This document shows positions 1 to 9,674 of a stretch of DNA of 64,000 nt, piece by piece. The position numbers were made by a program, and so were the translations under genes. The stretch is from an uncultured Marinoscillum sp. (GTDB taxonomy: Bacteria; Bacteroidota; Bacteroidia; Cytophagales; MED-G16): the NCBI GenBank assembly GCA_902633975.1, contig CACPHX010000001.1, positions 46,572 to 110,571 of the forward strand. Reading direction: 5' to 3'. Numbering within the stretch: position 1 is the first letter of the stretch; every line of letters begins with the position of its first letter. The notes beneath the pieces were generated by a model. It made no database searches and had not been told where the DNA came from. It saw only the letters and a program-made list of their open reading frames with translations.

Positions 1-124
1 CTAATGCAATTTTATATTCTTTCATATTTGATAGAATGAATTCCGAATTAACATATCCAAATTTTTGAGAAAAAACTATATGTGGAATTGATAATATAAT
101 AATAATTATGTTTCTTTTGATCAT
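1..124 (-). CDS. OmpH/Skp-family periplasmic chaperone, N-terminal fragment (gene runs off the window start)
   Basis: Hand translation of the minus strand from the ATG at 124-122 gives MIKRNIIIIILSIPHIVFSQKFGYVNSEFILSNMKEYKIAL. This is a signal peptide followed by an OmpH-like opening. The start overlaps the bamA stop (ATGA). bamA followed by ompH is the usual Bacteroidota order. It is absent from the ORF track because there is no stop in the window. Confidence 0.55.
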   Translation of the reverse strand, partial: MIKRNIIIIILSIPHIVFSQKFGYVNSEFILSNMKEYKIAL

Positions 125-2943
125 CTTAATTGAGTTCCAATTGAAAAATGAAATTGGGATCCTGATATATTAGGCTGTCCTTGTAGTTTATCAAACCCGT
201 ATCCCCAATCTATTCCTAATAATCCAAAAGCAGGCATAAATATTCTAACACCAATTCCAGCAGATCTTTTCAAATCAAACGGATTGAAATCTTTTTGTGA
301 GTTCCAGTTATTTCCAGCTTCAATAAACGATAAAGCATATATTGTTGCACTTGGATTTAATGATACTGGATGTCTGATTTCAAATACTAATTTATTATAT
401 ATGGTACCACCCCTAATGTTATTTATAATATCATATGGAACAAGAGAGTTATTTTCATAGCCCCTTAAGGCAATTCTTTCTGTACCAAGTAGAAAATTAC
501 TATAGGATCCTGAAAGTCCATCTCCACCAAGATAAAATCTTTCAAAAGGACCAATTTTATCTTCCCCTGAGAATGAACCAATGTATCCTAAGTGTGCTCT
601 AGATTCAAGTACAAGATCTCCTATAATTTTTGTATAGAATTTTGCATCAAACATCCATTTATGATATTCTGCCCATTTGTATTTTTCTTTTGGTGTAGCA
701 GTTTCATAATTTAAATTGTTCCATTTTGAATAGGGAGGTGTAACAGCAATATCAAGAGAAAACATAGAGCCACCTCTTGGAAACATTGGGTTATCAATGC
801 TATTTCTAGATATATTTGTTTTGAAAGCAAATGTATTTGTTATTCCAGTATCAAAACCTAAAGACTGTCCAAAATTAAATAAGTCATAATTATAGTATAC
901 TAAAGAATTTGATATTACAAAAAAATCATCTGGCCAATTTACTCTTCTTCCTAAACCTAGTGTTACTGCGTGTATTTTCATAGATCCAATAATTTTGCTG
1001 TCTCTGGTTGATTGATTTCCGTAACCATAACCTCCATAACCGTAACCTCCATAACCATAACCACCGTATCCTCCGTAGCCTCCATAACCACCGTATCCTC
1101 CATAACCACCGTATCCTCCATAACCACCGTATCCTCCGTAGCCACCGTATCCCCCAAATGGATTGTATCTTCCACTTCCATAAAAATCCAGCATCCTATT
1201 AATTGAATAACTATAGTTGATGCTAAAATTATTCGGTTTTCTACCACCAAGCCAGGGTTCAGAAAATGTAAAAGAGTAAGTTTGAAACTGGCGTCCATTT
1301 GCTTGTACTCTCAGCGAGAGTTTTTGGCCATCACCCACTGGGAGTGGTTTCCACTTTTTAAAGTCTGAAATATTCTTAACAGAGAAGTTGCTAAAACTTA
1401 GGCCAACAGTTCCAACAAATCCAAAATAACCACCCCATCCTCCTGAAAGTTCAACTTGATCACTTGGTTTTTCTTGAAGTTCCCAAGTTATATCTACGGT
1501 TTCATTTTGCGGGTTAGGAAGAGGGATTGGATTTATACTTTCAGGGTCAAAGTAACCTAATTGTGATAATTCTCTTTGAGTCCTAATTAATTCTGACCTA
1601 TTATACTTTTGTCCTGGTATTGTTCTTAGTTCTCTTCTAATTACATGATCGCTTGTTCTGTCATTACCTTTAATAAATACTTTATTTATAGTTGCTTGTG
1701 CACCTTCATATATTCTCATCTCTATATCAACCGAATCACCAATAACACCAACTTCAATTGGTTGTATATTTGAAAAAAGATAGCCATTATCTTGATACAA
1801 TGAAGAAACATCAGAGCCCTTGGGGTTATAAGTTATTTTTTTTTCGAGTGTTTCTGTATCGTATACATCTCCCTTTGAAATTGCAAGTACTTCATTTAAA
1901 ACCTCTTTATTATAGATGTAGTTTCCTGTCCAGTTAATATTTCTAAAATAATATTTTCTTCCTGGATCTATCCTTAACTCAATGTCAACATAATCACCAT
2001 TTCTTACAATGTCTTCATCAATGATTTTAATATCTCTATAGCCTTTAGATTCGTAGAATGATATTAAATTTTCTTTATCGTTTTTAAACTCCTTTTCAAT
2101 AAATTTACTTGATTTAAGGAAGTTTATTTTTGCATTATCAGTAATGAATTCAATAGATTTATTCTTATCTATTCCTTCTTTTTCTGCAAACAGATTCTTA
2201 GGTTTTAATAAGTTTATACTTCTTTTGAATATCTCTTTAAAAATTGTTAACCTAACTCTTTCCCCACTTTTTTTAAGTTTGCCCTTTAATTTTGCATCAG
2301 AAAACTCTTTATTTCCTTCAAATTTGACATTATCAATTTTTACTTTTTTATTCCTCTCAACTGTAATGTTTAATTTAATGCTATTGGCAACTATAGAGTC
2401 TTCTATTTGTTGAATCGTCACTTCTGTATTAAAAAAACCTTTCTTATTATAAAAGTTTTTTATAATGTTTTGTGTGTTTTTAATTGTCGCATCAGTAACT
2501 ATTCTTCCCCTTATCAAATTAAGTTTTTCAGTTAATTCAGATTTCTGGGTTTTTCCAATTCCTATTATTTCAAACGTACTTAATCTTGGCCTTTCAGTTA
2601 AGTTGATTAATAAATATACCTTGTCTCCATCAATTTTTTTTATTGATATTTTTATATCACCGATAATTCCTTGCTTCCACAATTTTTTAATTGCACCTGA
2701 AATTGCTTCTCCTGGAATTGATATTTCATCTCCGATTTTTATTCCAGCTAATGATTTTAGAGCAATTTCATCTAAATACTTTTCACCTTCTATGTCTATT
2801 TCAGCAACAACATATTTTTTTGGATTTGTATAGCTAATAGCAATCTGTTCATCATTAGCATTCATATTATATCGAATCTGAGCGTATGCATGATTTAATA
2901 ATATTGGTAGCAGAAGCAAAACAACTAAAAATATTTTTTTCAT
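121..2943 (-). CDS. bamA: Outer membrane protein assembly factor BamA (POTRA repeats plus Omp85 beta-barrel) with a Gly/Tyr low-complexity insertion
   Basis: ORF 121..2997. The likely true start is the internal MKKIFLVVLLLLPILL signal peptide at 2943, 4 nt after the uppS stop. The N-terminal half is POTRA-like and the C-terminal half is an Omp85-type barrel ending in ...FHFSIGTQLR. It sits in the conserved position downstream of uppS. Confidence 0.9.
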   Translation of the reverse strand: MKKIFLVVLLLLPILLNHAYAQIRYNMNANDEQIAISYTNPKKYVVAEIDIEGEKYLDEIALKSLAGIKIGDEISIPGEAISGAIKKLWKQGIIGDIKISIKKIDGDKVYLLINLTERPRLSTFEIIGIGKTQKSELTEKLNLIRGRIVTDATIKNTQNIIKNFYNKKGFFNTEVTIQQIEDSIVANSIKLNITVERNKKVKIDNVKFEGNKEFSDAKLKGKLKKSGERVRLTIFKEIFKRSINLLKPKNLFAEKEGIDKNKSIEFITDNAKINFLKSSKFIEKEFKNDKENLISFYESKGYRDIKIIDEDIVRNGDYVDIELRIDPGRKYYFRNINWTGNYIYNKEVLNEVLAISKGDVYDTETLEKKITYNPKGSDVSSLYQDNGYLFSNIQPIEVGVIGDSVDIEMRIYEGAQATINKVFIKGNDRTSDHVIRRELRTIPGQKYNRSELIRTQRELSQLGYFDPESINPIPLPNPQNETVDITWELQEKPSDQVELSGGWGGYFGFVGTVGLSFSNFSVKNISDFKKWKPLPVGDGQKLSLRVQANGRQFQTYSFTFSEPWLGGRKPNNFSINYSYSINRMLDFYGSGRYNPFGGYGGYGGYGGYGGYGGYGGYGGYGGYGGYGGYGYGGYGYGGYGYGNQSTRDSKIIGSMKIHAVTLGLGRRVNWPDDFFVISNSLVYYNYDLFNFGQSLGFDTGITNTFAFKTNISRNSIDNPMFPRGGSMFSLDIAVTPPYSKWNNLNYETATPKEKYKWAEYHKWMFDAKFYTKIIGDLVLESRAHLGYIGSFSGEDKIGPFERFYLGGDGLSGSYSNFLLGTERIALRGYENNSLVPYDIINNIRGGTIYNKLVFEIRHPVSLNPSATIYALSFIEAGNNWNSQKDFNPFDLKRSAGIGVRIFMPAFGLLGIDWGYGFDKLQGQPNISGSQFHFSIGTQLR
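1018..1155 (-). repeat. Coding tandem repeat inside bamA: 46 codons that are only Gly or Tyr (11 x GGY, then GY-GGY-GY-GGY-GY-G)
   Basis: Codon-by-codon reading of 1018-1155 gives 30 Gly and 16 Tyr. The 18-nt unit tccataaccaccgtatcc is repeated exactly three times at 1081-1134. Confidence 0.95.
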
Positions 2944-2947
2944 CAAT

Positions 2948-3655
2948 TTAGACTTTTCCAAATCTTCTATTCCTTTTATTAAACTCGAAAATAGCATTAT
3001 TTAATTCTTTTTTATTAAAATCTGGCCATAAAATATCTGTAAAATATAATTCTGTATATGCAGTTTGCCATAAATAAAAATTACTAATTCTTTGCTCTCC
3101 ACTAGTCCTTATTAATAGTTCTGGATCTGGGATATTAGATGTAGAAAGATATTTTTCAAAATCTTTTTCGTTAAAGTTCTTTAAAATGTTATTATTTTTT
3201 AATCTTATTATGCTTTTTACTGCGTTCTGTATGTCCCACCTACCTGAATAATTAATCGCCATAATTAGATTAAGACCTTTGTTTTCTTTTGTTAGTGTTT
3301 TTATTTTTTCAATACTTTCAATAGTTTTTTTAGGTAACTCATTTATTTCTCCAATACATCTAAACTTTATATTTTTATCCATTAAATTATTAGCTTCATC
3401 ATTAATTACAACGTCTAGCAGAGACATTAAAGCACTTACTTCAATTTTAGGTCGGGACCAATTTTCGGTAGAAAATGCAAAAAGGCTCAGATATTTTATT
3501 TTATTTTCTAAACAGAACTCAATACATTCTTTAACACTTTTTTTTGCATGGATATGGCCTTTTATTCTGGTCTTATTTCTTTTTTCAGCCCACCTGCCAT
3601 TACCATCCATTATTATGGCTATATGCTTTAGTTTATTTTTTTGTTTAGAATCCAT
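2948..3655 (-). CDS. uppS: Undecaprenyl-diphosphate synthase (cis-isoprenyl transferase)
   Basis: HIAIIMDGNGRWA motif, ...RTSGEQRISNFYLWQ..YTELYF motif, 235 aa. Confidence 0.93.
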   Translation of the reverse strand: MDSKQKNKLKHIAIIMDGNGRWAEKRNKTRIKGHIHAKKSVKECIEFCLENKIKYLSLFAFSTENWSRPKIEVSALMSLLDVVINDEANNLMDKNIKFRCIGEINELPKKTIESIEKIKTLTKENKGLNLIMAINYSGRWDIQNAVKSIIRLKNNNILKNFNEKDFEKYLSTSNIPDPELLIRTSGEQRISNFYLWQTAYTELYFTDILWPDFNKKELNNAIFEFNKRNRRFGKV

Positions 3656-3663
3656 ACGTAAAG

Positions 3664-4413
3664 TTAGTATATACTATTGATTGGTGCAGAATCTTTTGGA
3701 CAAGGAATTCTGTAAAAAATATAACTGATACTTATTCCTGTAAAGTAGTAAAAGTCTTTATCGTTACCGCTACCATATTGATAATTCTTACTAAAGTTCT
3801 GAATGTTACTATTAGGAAGGTTTAATCCAGTTATATTATCAATATCACTAGTGTTGGCACCATTGGTTAAATCAAAGTCATCGTTAAATGTTTTTTTTAT
3901 TTCAAACTCAAAAGCTACTGAAAATTGTTTATTAATTAAATATTTAAAACCCATACCAAATGGTATGTTAATTAATAATTTCTTGTTTTTGTCTAGTGAG
4001 TTATTTCTTTCGTAAGTGTTTTTTAATAATGTAGATCCTAGTCCCATAAATAGATATGGTGTAAAGTTTTTTTTATTGATCTCATCGAAGTAGTTTAGAA
4101 AATTATATTCAAATTTTAGTGAAATCTCAGAAAATTTTGCCTTAAACCACATATTTCTATTTGATGAGAGATTGTCGTTAATCCTTTCACTACCTTTTAA
4201 ATTTCCTCTTTTATATGAAAATTTAAAAGTTTGGTGTGAGCTTATATTGAATCTGTTAAAAATTTCAAGTCCCATTGATCCGTCTGACAGACTATATCCT
4301 CTTTTAAGGTCACCAGAGTAACTATTAATACCAATACTAATTCCTGGTTCTAAAAATTGAGAGAATCCATTAATTGCAAATAGATAAAAAATTATAATTA
4401 TTTTGAATTTCAT
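3664..4413 (-). CDS. Outer-membrane beta-barrel protein of unknown function (DUF6089-like by position between nadK and uppS)
   Basis: Signal peptide MKFKIIIIFYLFAINGFSQ, alternating beta-strand-like pattern and an aromatic C-terminus. The family name is recalled from conserved flavobacterial synteny and was not searched. Confidence 0.5.
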   Translation of the reverse strand: MKFKIIIIFYLFAINGFSQFLEPGISIGINSYSGDLKRGYSLSDGSMGLEIFNRFNISSHQTFKFSYKRGNLKGSERINDNLSSNRNMWFKAKFSEISLKFEYNFLNYFDEINKKNFTPYLFMGLGSTLLKNTYERNNSLDKNKKLLINIPFGMGFKYLINKQFSVAFEFEIKKTFNDDFDLTNGANTSDIDNITGLNLPNSNIQNFSKNYQYGSGNDKDFYYFTGISISYIFYRIPCPKDSAPINSIY

Positions 4414-4446
4414 GATATCAATAACGCAAAATGAACAATTATCTTA

Positions 4447-5310
4447 TTAATTTCTCAGATCATATCCCCAATTCAATTTTTTTCTTAAGGTTTCGAAAAA
4501 ATCAAAGCTTTTTGGGTGAATAAGATTTGCTCTAAATGTAGATTTTTTAATAATAATATTTTGATCACTTTTTAAGGTTATTGATCTTGAGTCGAGAGAT
4601 ACTAGATAGTTGACCCCTTCACTTTCTACCTTTAGGGTAATTTCTGATTCGTCAGAAATTATTAAGCTACGAAGACCTAGATTATGTGGACTTATTGGTG
4701 TAATAATTAAATTATTTGTGTTTGGTGTTAATATGGGCCCACCACATGATAGAGAATACCCTGTTGAACCAGTTGGAGTAGAAATAATTAATCCGTCTGA
4801 CCAATAAGTACAAAGAAATTTATTATTAATGTAACAATGAATTCTAATCATCGAGGAAGAGTCTTTCTTGACAACAGATATTTCATTCAGTGCGAAGTTT
4901 TTTTCTATTTTTTTTTCTTTATTAACCAGTGTTACTAGTGATCTTCTTTCTAGTGTGTATTTTTTGTTCTCAATATCATCTATCATTTTTTCAAAAACAT
5001 CATAGACATCGACTGAGAGAAACCCAAGCTTACCTATATTGACTCCTAAAATTTTTGTTTCATGTTTTCCTACCTGAGATACTGTATTTAATAATGTTCC
5101 ATCCCCACCTAGACTTATTATGAATGAAAATTTAGAAAGATTCTTACCGGAGAAAGATTTATATTTTTCTTTTTTAAAGGTTTTTATAAGATCACTTGAA
5201 AGATAAATTTTATATCCTTTATCTTTCAGACATTGCAACAAACTTTTAAGTTTTTTTCTATTCTTCCCCTTAATGTTAATTCCGTTTATTCCTATTCTTT
5301 TCCTACTCAT
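4447..5310 (-). CDS. nadK: NAD+ kinase
   Basis: GGDGTLL motif (ISLGGDGTLLNTV), STPTGSTGYSLSCGGPI motif, 287 aa. Confidence 0.88.
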   Translation of the reverse strand: MSRKRIGINGINIKGKNRKKLKSLLQCLKDKGYKIYLSSDLIKTFKKEKYKSFSGKNLSKFSFIISLGGDGTLLNTVSQVGKHETKILGVNIGKLGFLSVDVYDVFEKMIDDIENKKYTLERRSLVTLVNKEKKIEKNFALNEISVVKKDSSSMIRIHCYINNKFLCTYWSDGLIISTPTGSTGYSLSCGGPILTPNTNNLIITPISPHNLGLRSLIISDESEITLKVESEGVNYLVSLDSRSITLKSDQNIIIKKSTFRANLIHPKSFDFFETLRKKLNWGYDLRN

Positions 5311-6037
5311 CTAAAAAAGATTTTAAAATTTTGTTAAATTCTTCTGGCCTCTCCATCATAGGAGCATGACAACATTTATCAATAAATTTTAATTTTGATT
5401 TTGATATCAACTTATTGAATTGATGTGCTACTGATGGTGGAGTAATGGTGTCATTTAATCCCCATATCAAATATGTTGGACATTTTATTCTATATAGTTT
5501 CTTGGATAAATTATTTCTTTGTGCTGATCGCGCAATTGTAATAATATTTAAGCATTTGGCATTATCATTTAATGTATTAAAAATGTTATCTACATATTTT
5601 TTAGTTAAGATGTTTGGATTATAAAAAGTATGATTAACTCTTTCGTTTATATATCCATAGTCTCCTCTTTTTGGAAAAGACCCTCCAAATGAGTTTTCAT
5701 AAAGACCCGAGCTTCCAGTCAATACTAATTGTTTAACCTTATTTGGATTTTGGATAGTATACATCAGACCTATGTGTCCACCCAGTGAATTTCCTATTAG
5801 TGTAAAGTTTTTAAGTCTGTTGCTTGTTATAAATTTACCAACTAATTTAGTTAAGCTTTCAAGATTAGCATCTTTTACATCAATATCTGTCAATGGAATT
5901 TTAGGTATAATTACTCTGTAATTTTTTGAGAAAAAATCAACTACACTCTTCCAATTACTAAGCGCACCAAATAGACCGTGTAATAAAATAATAACTTCAC
6001 CTTTTCCTTTATCAATAAACGGTTTTGTTGTTTTCAT
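5303..6037 (-). CDS. Alpha/beta-fold hydrolase
   Basis: HGLFG oxyanion region, nucleophile elbow GNSLGG, C-terminal CCHAPMMERPEEF (His of the triad). Confidence 0.75.
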   Translation of the reverse strand: MKTTKPFIDKGKGEVIILLHGLFGALSNWKSVVDFFSKNYRVIIPKIPLTDIDVKDANLESLTKLVGKFITSNRLKNFTLIGNSLGGHIGLMYTIQNPNKVKQLVLTGSSGLYENSFGGSFPKRGDYGYINERVNHTFYNPNILTKKYVDNIFNTLNDNAKCLNIITIARSAQRNNLSKKLYRIKCPTYLIWGLNDTITPPSVAHQFNKLISKSKLKFIDKCCHAPMMERPEEFNKILKSFLDE

Positions 6038-6570
6038 TAGACATCAATTTTTTTTAACTTATCACTACTCTCCACTATCACTTCAAGTGATTGAAAGAAG
6101 TCAATAAAAATAGAAAGGGTTTTTGGTGCAAAATCCATCAAAAAATAACTTATGACTGAGCTCCTAATTTCTTCTTCCATGACAGTTACGTCAAAATATT
6201 GAAAAATATTAACAAAAAAGCTTATGATTAGTGATGTTTTAAGAAAGCCGAATAAAGCACCAGAAACATCATCAAAAAAACCAATAAAGGTTAAATCAAT
6301 TATATTTTTAATTGATTTTGTTAACCAACTTATAATAAAAAAACTCAATATAAAAGTAGAAAAAATTGACACGAAACCTATTATAAGGTTATTTGATTCG
6401 GGAAAAAATTGTACTAATATGTTAGAGAAAAAATTTGAAAAATTTAAGGAAATAATTATGCTCACAAAGAATGAAAATAAGGAGACAAAACTCACAATTA
6501 AACCTTTTTTATATCCCTTATAGGTATAAAATATCAAAAAGAAACTAAATATTATATCGATTAAGTTCAA
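6037..6570 (-). CDS. CvpA-family integral membrane protein
   Basis: 177 aa, four hydrophobic segments, N-terminal DIIFSFFLIFYTYKGYKKGLI typical of CvpA. Confidence 0.6.
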   Translation of the reverse strand: MNLIDIIFSFFLIFYTYKGYKKGLIVSFVSLFSFFVSIIISLNFSNFFSNILVQFFPESNNLIIGFVSIFSTFILSFFIISWLTKSIKNIIDLTFIGFFDDVSGALFGFLKTSLIISFFVNIFQYFDVTVMEEEIRSSVISYFLMDFAPKTLSIFIDFFQSLEVIVESSDKLKKIDV

Positions 6571-7004
6571 GCTAAAAGTTTTTTTACAAATACAGAAATC
6601 CTAGAATTATCAGCTTTACCATCTAGTTTTTTTACAGCAATTCCCATGATTCTTCCCATATCTTTCATGCTTGCCCCTCCTTGCTCATTTATAATCTCCC
6701 CAATTTTCTTTTCAAGATCACCATCACTCATTTGTTCAGGAAGAAATTCCTCAATAATCTTTATTTCATTAGACTCCTTTTCTGCTAAATCTATTCTATT
6801 TTCTTTCTTGTAAAGATCTCTTGAATCTTTTCTTTGTTTAATTAATTTCATTAATAGTTTAACAGGATTTTTTTCAATACCGTCTCCACTTTTTTCTTCT
6901 AAAAGAATTGCTGACTTAATTGCTCTTAAAGCGATCAATCTAGTCTTACTTTTATTTAACATAGATTCTTTTATTTGATTATCTATTATATTTTTGAAGT
7001 CCAT
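6567..7004 (-). CDS. GatB/YqeY domain-containing protein
   Basis: 145 aa with ...IKESMLNKSKTRLIALRAIKSAI... and ...GGASMKDMGRIMGIAVKKLDGKADNSRISVFVKKLL, a YqeY-type pattern. Confidence 0.8.
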   Translation of the reverse strand: MDFKNIIDNQIKESMLNKSKTRLIALRAIKSAILLEEKSGDGIEKNPVKLLMKLIKQRKDSRDLYKKENRIDLAEKESNEIKIIEEFLPEQMSDGDLEKKIGEIINEQGGASMKDMGRIMGIAVKKLDGKADNSRISVFVKKLLA

Positions 7005-7036
7005 AATTACAAATTTATTAAATACTTATATTAATT

Positions 7037-7750
7037 ATGACCAGATTAAGTGTAAATGTAAATAAGGTTGCAACATTAAGAAATGCTAGAGGCGCCAACA
7101 ATCCGAATTTGATTGAGGTTGTTAGAGACTGTGAAAAATATGGAGCTGAAGGCATAACAGTGCATCCAAGAAACGATGAGAGACATATAACATTAAGAGA
7201 TGTTTATGATATTGCTTCTGTTGTTAAAACAGATTTCAATATAGAAGGTTATCCAGATAAAAGATTCTTGAAAATAATAGATGATATTGCCCCTGAACAG
7301 GTAACACTTGTTCCAGATCCTCCTGAAGTTTTAACATCTAATAGGGGGTGGAAAAAGTCCGATATTAAAATTGACCTAAAAAAAATTATAAAACATATTC
7401 AGTCCTTAGGCTCCAAGGTTGTAATATTCATTGATCCAGAAAAAGAAATGCTAGAATATGTAAAAGAAATGGGTGCAGATAGAGTTGAACTTTACACAGG
7501 AACTTATGCATCAGAATATGTAAAAAATAGAGATGAATCAATTAGAGATTATGTTAAAGTATCAAATTATGCTAAGGAAATTGGAATTGGAGTTAATGCT
7601 GGACATGATCTTGATCTAAATAATCTAAAATATTTAAAGGAATCTATTCCATTTATTTACGAGGTTTCTATTGGCCACGCCCTTATCTGTGATGCTTTAT
7701 ACTATGGTTTAAAAAAAACAATTACATCCTATTTAAATTGTTTAAAGTGA
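7037..7750 (+). CDS. pdxJ: Pyridoxine 5'-phosphate synthase
   Basis: LSVNVNKVATLRNARG opening, GITVHPRNDERHI, VSIGHALI; 237 aa. Confidence 0.92.
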   Translation: MTRLSVNVNKVATLRNARGANNPNLIEVVRDCEKYGAEGITVHPRNDERHITLRDVYDIASVVKTDFNIEGYPDKRFLKIIDDIAPEQVTLVPDPPEVLTSNRGWKKSDIKIDLKKIIKHIQSLGSKVVIFIDPEKEMLEYVKEMGADRVELYTGTYASEYVKNRDESIRDYVKVSNYAKEIGIGVNAGHDLDLNNLKYLKESIPFIYEVSIGHALICDALYYGLKKTITSYLNCLK

Positions 7751-8508
7751 CTAGAAATTTAAATTTTAAAGAATTTGGCTCAGGTAAACAGATAATAATT
7801 TTACATGGATTGCTTGGCTCTTTGGATAATTGGGTTTCAATCGCATTGAAACTATCTCAGAATTACAAAGTAACGATATTAGACCTTCCAAATCATGGTA
7901 GATCTTATCACAGTAATACTTTTTCTTATTACGATATGGCAACATCACTTAATGAATTTATAAAAACTAAAAACATAAATAAGCCAACTATTATAGGTCA
8001 TTCAATGGGGGGTAAGCTAGCAATGCAATTTGTGGAGTTATTTCCTAAAATAGTTTCATCCCTTGTAATTGTTGACATATGCAATAGAGTATATGACACA
8101 ACTAGGTTTAAACATGTTTTTGAGGCAATTAAAAAAATTTCTTCAGAAAACATTCAATCTAGGAAACAGGCTAGTGAATTAGTTAAAGAAATTGTTGATA
8201 GTGAAGGCGAAAGAAATTTTATTTTAAAAAATTTAAAAAGAGATGAAAATGGTTTCTCTTGGACACCAAATGTAAATTTATTGATGAACTCAATTAGTGA
8301 GATATCTGCAGCAGTTGAAATTAAAAATATTGATATTAAGACTCTTTTTATTAAAGGGCAGAAGTCAAGTTATATACTTGAATCTGATATTGCTGAATTT
8401 AAAAAAACATTTTCAAATTTTGGTATAATTGAGATTCCAAATGCTGGTCACTGGGTACATGCTGAGAACCCATCTCATTTTGTAAAATCAGTTAAGAGTT
8501 GGATATAA
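7738..8508 (+). CDS. Alpha/beta-fold hydrolase
   Basis: ILHGLLGS, nucleophile elbow GHSMGG, C-terminal NAGHWVHAENP. Confidence 0.75.
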   Translation: MFKVTRNLNFKEFGSGKQIIILHGLLGSLDNWVSIALKLSQNYKVTILDLPNHGRSYHSNTFSYYDMATSLNEFIKTKNINKPTIIGHSMGGKLAMQFVELFPKIVSSLVIVDICNRVYDTTRFKHVFEAIKKISSENIQSRKQASELVKEIVDSEGERNFILKNLKRDENGFSWTPNVNLLMNSISEISAAVEIKNIDIKTLFIKGQKSSYILESDIAEFKKTFSNFGIIEIPNAGHWVHAENPSHFVKSVKSWI

Positions 8509-9387
8509 TTAATTTGCACGGGGATGTGATTTCTTGTGAGTTTCTTTAAGCTTCTCTATAGAATTATGAGTATACATTTGTGTTGCAGCTAAACTTTCAT
8601 GGCCTAGCAGGTCTTTTATAGCATTTAAGTCCCCCCCTTTATTCAGTATATGTGTGGCAAAAGAATGCCTTAGAAGATGTGGATTATATTTTTCACTGTT
8701 TATGAAAGATGATAAACATTTTTTTACTATTCTATACACCATCATTGGGTAAAGCTTATTTCCTTTATCTGTTAGAAAGACAAACTCACTTTTAGAAGAT
8801 TTTCTTTTTTTATGATTTAGGTAAAGTTTTGCTTTCGATACAATGTTTTGATTAATTGGTAATATTCTTTCTTTATTCCTTTTACCAAGAACTTTAATTT
8901 CATTTCTTATAAGATCTAAATTTTTATTTTTAAGATTAATTAATTCATTTATTCTAATTCCAGTTCCATATAATAACTCTAAAATTAAATCGCTTCTTGT
9001 CTCATCAATGGTGTTGGACATATTAATTGTTTTAAAAAGACTAACCAAATCTTTTTCCTTTAAAAAAAGTGGGAGTGTTTGTTTTGCTTTCAAACTTTTT
9101 ACAAGTGTGGAAGGATTTTTTTTTATTACTTGTCTTTTAATTAAAAATTTGAAAAAAGATTTGACAGAAGCAATTTTCCTGTTAATTGATTTATTTGATA
9201 GGTTTTTAGTTGATAGCTCTATGATCCAAGCTCTAATTGTTTTGTTATCAATAGAAGATATTTTTTTATTATTCTCGTAATTTTCACTAAATGTTAGGAA
9301 CTGACTTAGGTCGTTATCGTAACTTTTAATTGTATTTTCACTTACTCTTTTTTCAAATTTAAGATGACGGAGAAATTTATCTTTCAT
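8509..9387 (-). CDS. Tyrosine recombinase, XerC/XerD family (housekeeping type)
   Basis: N-terminal SAM-like core-binding domain. Catalytic region GTGIRINEL ... HLLRHSFATH ... LGHESLAATQMYTH. It lies adjacent to rpsU, as in many Flavobacteriia. Confidence 0.8.
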   Translation of the reverse strand: MKDKFLRHLKFEKRVSENTIKSYDNDLSQFLTFSENYENNKKISSIDNKTIRAWIIELSTKNLSNKSINRKIASVKSFFKFLIKRQVIKKNPSTLVKSLKAKQTLPLFLKEKDLVSLFKTINMSNTIDETRSDLILELLYGTGIRINELINLKNKNLDLIRNEIKVLGKRNKERILPINQNIVSKAKLYLNHKKRKSSKSEFVFLTDKGNKLYPMMVYRIVKKCLSSFINSEKYNPHLLRHSFATHILNKGGDLNAIKDLLGHESLAATQMYTHNSIEKLKETHKKSHPRAN

Positions 9388-9412
9388 AAATAACTATGAA
9401 AGTTATAGAAAA

Positions 9413-9604
9413 TTATAATTCTTTTGACCTTAATCTTTGTATGTATGCAGCTTTGAGCTTTTCTTCTCTGAGTGTTACAGACTTTTTAGTATAGTAAGTA
9501 TTATCTCTGTAAGTTCTTATTACTTGAGCTTTTTCAAATTTTTTTTTGAACCTCTTAAGAGCTCTGTTTATATCCTCGTTTTCTTTAATATTGACTTTAA
9601 CCAT
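9413..9604 (-). CDS. rpsU: 30S ribosomal protein S21
   Basis: 63 aa: MVKVNIKENEDINRALKRFKKKFEKAQVIRTYR... Confidence 0.93.
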   Translation of the reverse strand: MVKVNIKENEDINRALKRFKKKFEKAQVIRTYRDNTYYTKKSVTLREEKLKAAYIQRLRSKEL

Positions 9605-9622
9605 TTTTAAAATTTAGTGTCG

Positions 9623-9630
9623 CAAATATA
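9623..9630 (-). promoter_or_regulatory. Bacteroidota -7 promoter element (TATATTTG on the minus strand) upstream of rpsU
   Basis: The reverse complement of caaatata matches TAnnTTTG and lies 18 nt upstream of the rpsU ATG. The -33 element is imperfect. Confidence 0.4.
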
Positions 9631-9674
9631 AGAAATCAATTGAATTATTAAAATTTTTGATTCCAATCGATTGA

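Noticed and set aside
978-1298. ORFs 978..1298 (-), 1008..1202 (+) and 1012..1206 (+) with repetitive HNR/TVS/EDTVVM translations
   Set aside because: They are alternative-frame and antisense readings of the bamA Gly/Tyr repeat. The repeat periodicity keeps all frames open, and the bamA frame is the one with flanking conserved barrel sequence.
2944-2997. 18-codon N-terminal extension of bamA (MLFSSLIKGIEDLEKSKL)
   Set aside because: It overlaps the 3' end of uppS. The internal Met is followed by a proper signal peptide and lies 4 nt after the uppS stop.
8509-9387. Tyrosine recombinase as the integrase of a mobile element
   Set aside because: No flanking direct repeats, tRNA or cargo genes are present. 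The gene sits between housekeeping genes next to rpsU, which fits a chromosomal Xer-type recombinase. It is also 47 kb from the tRNA-His repeats.
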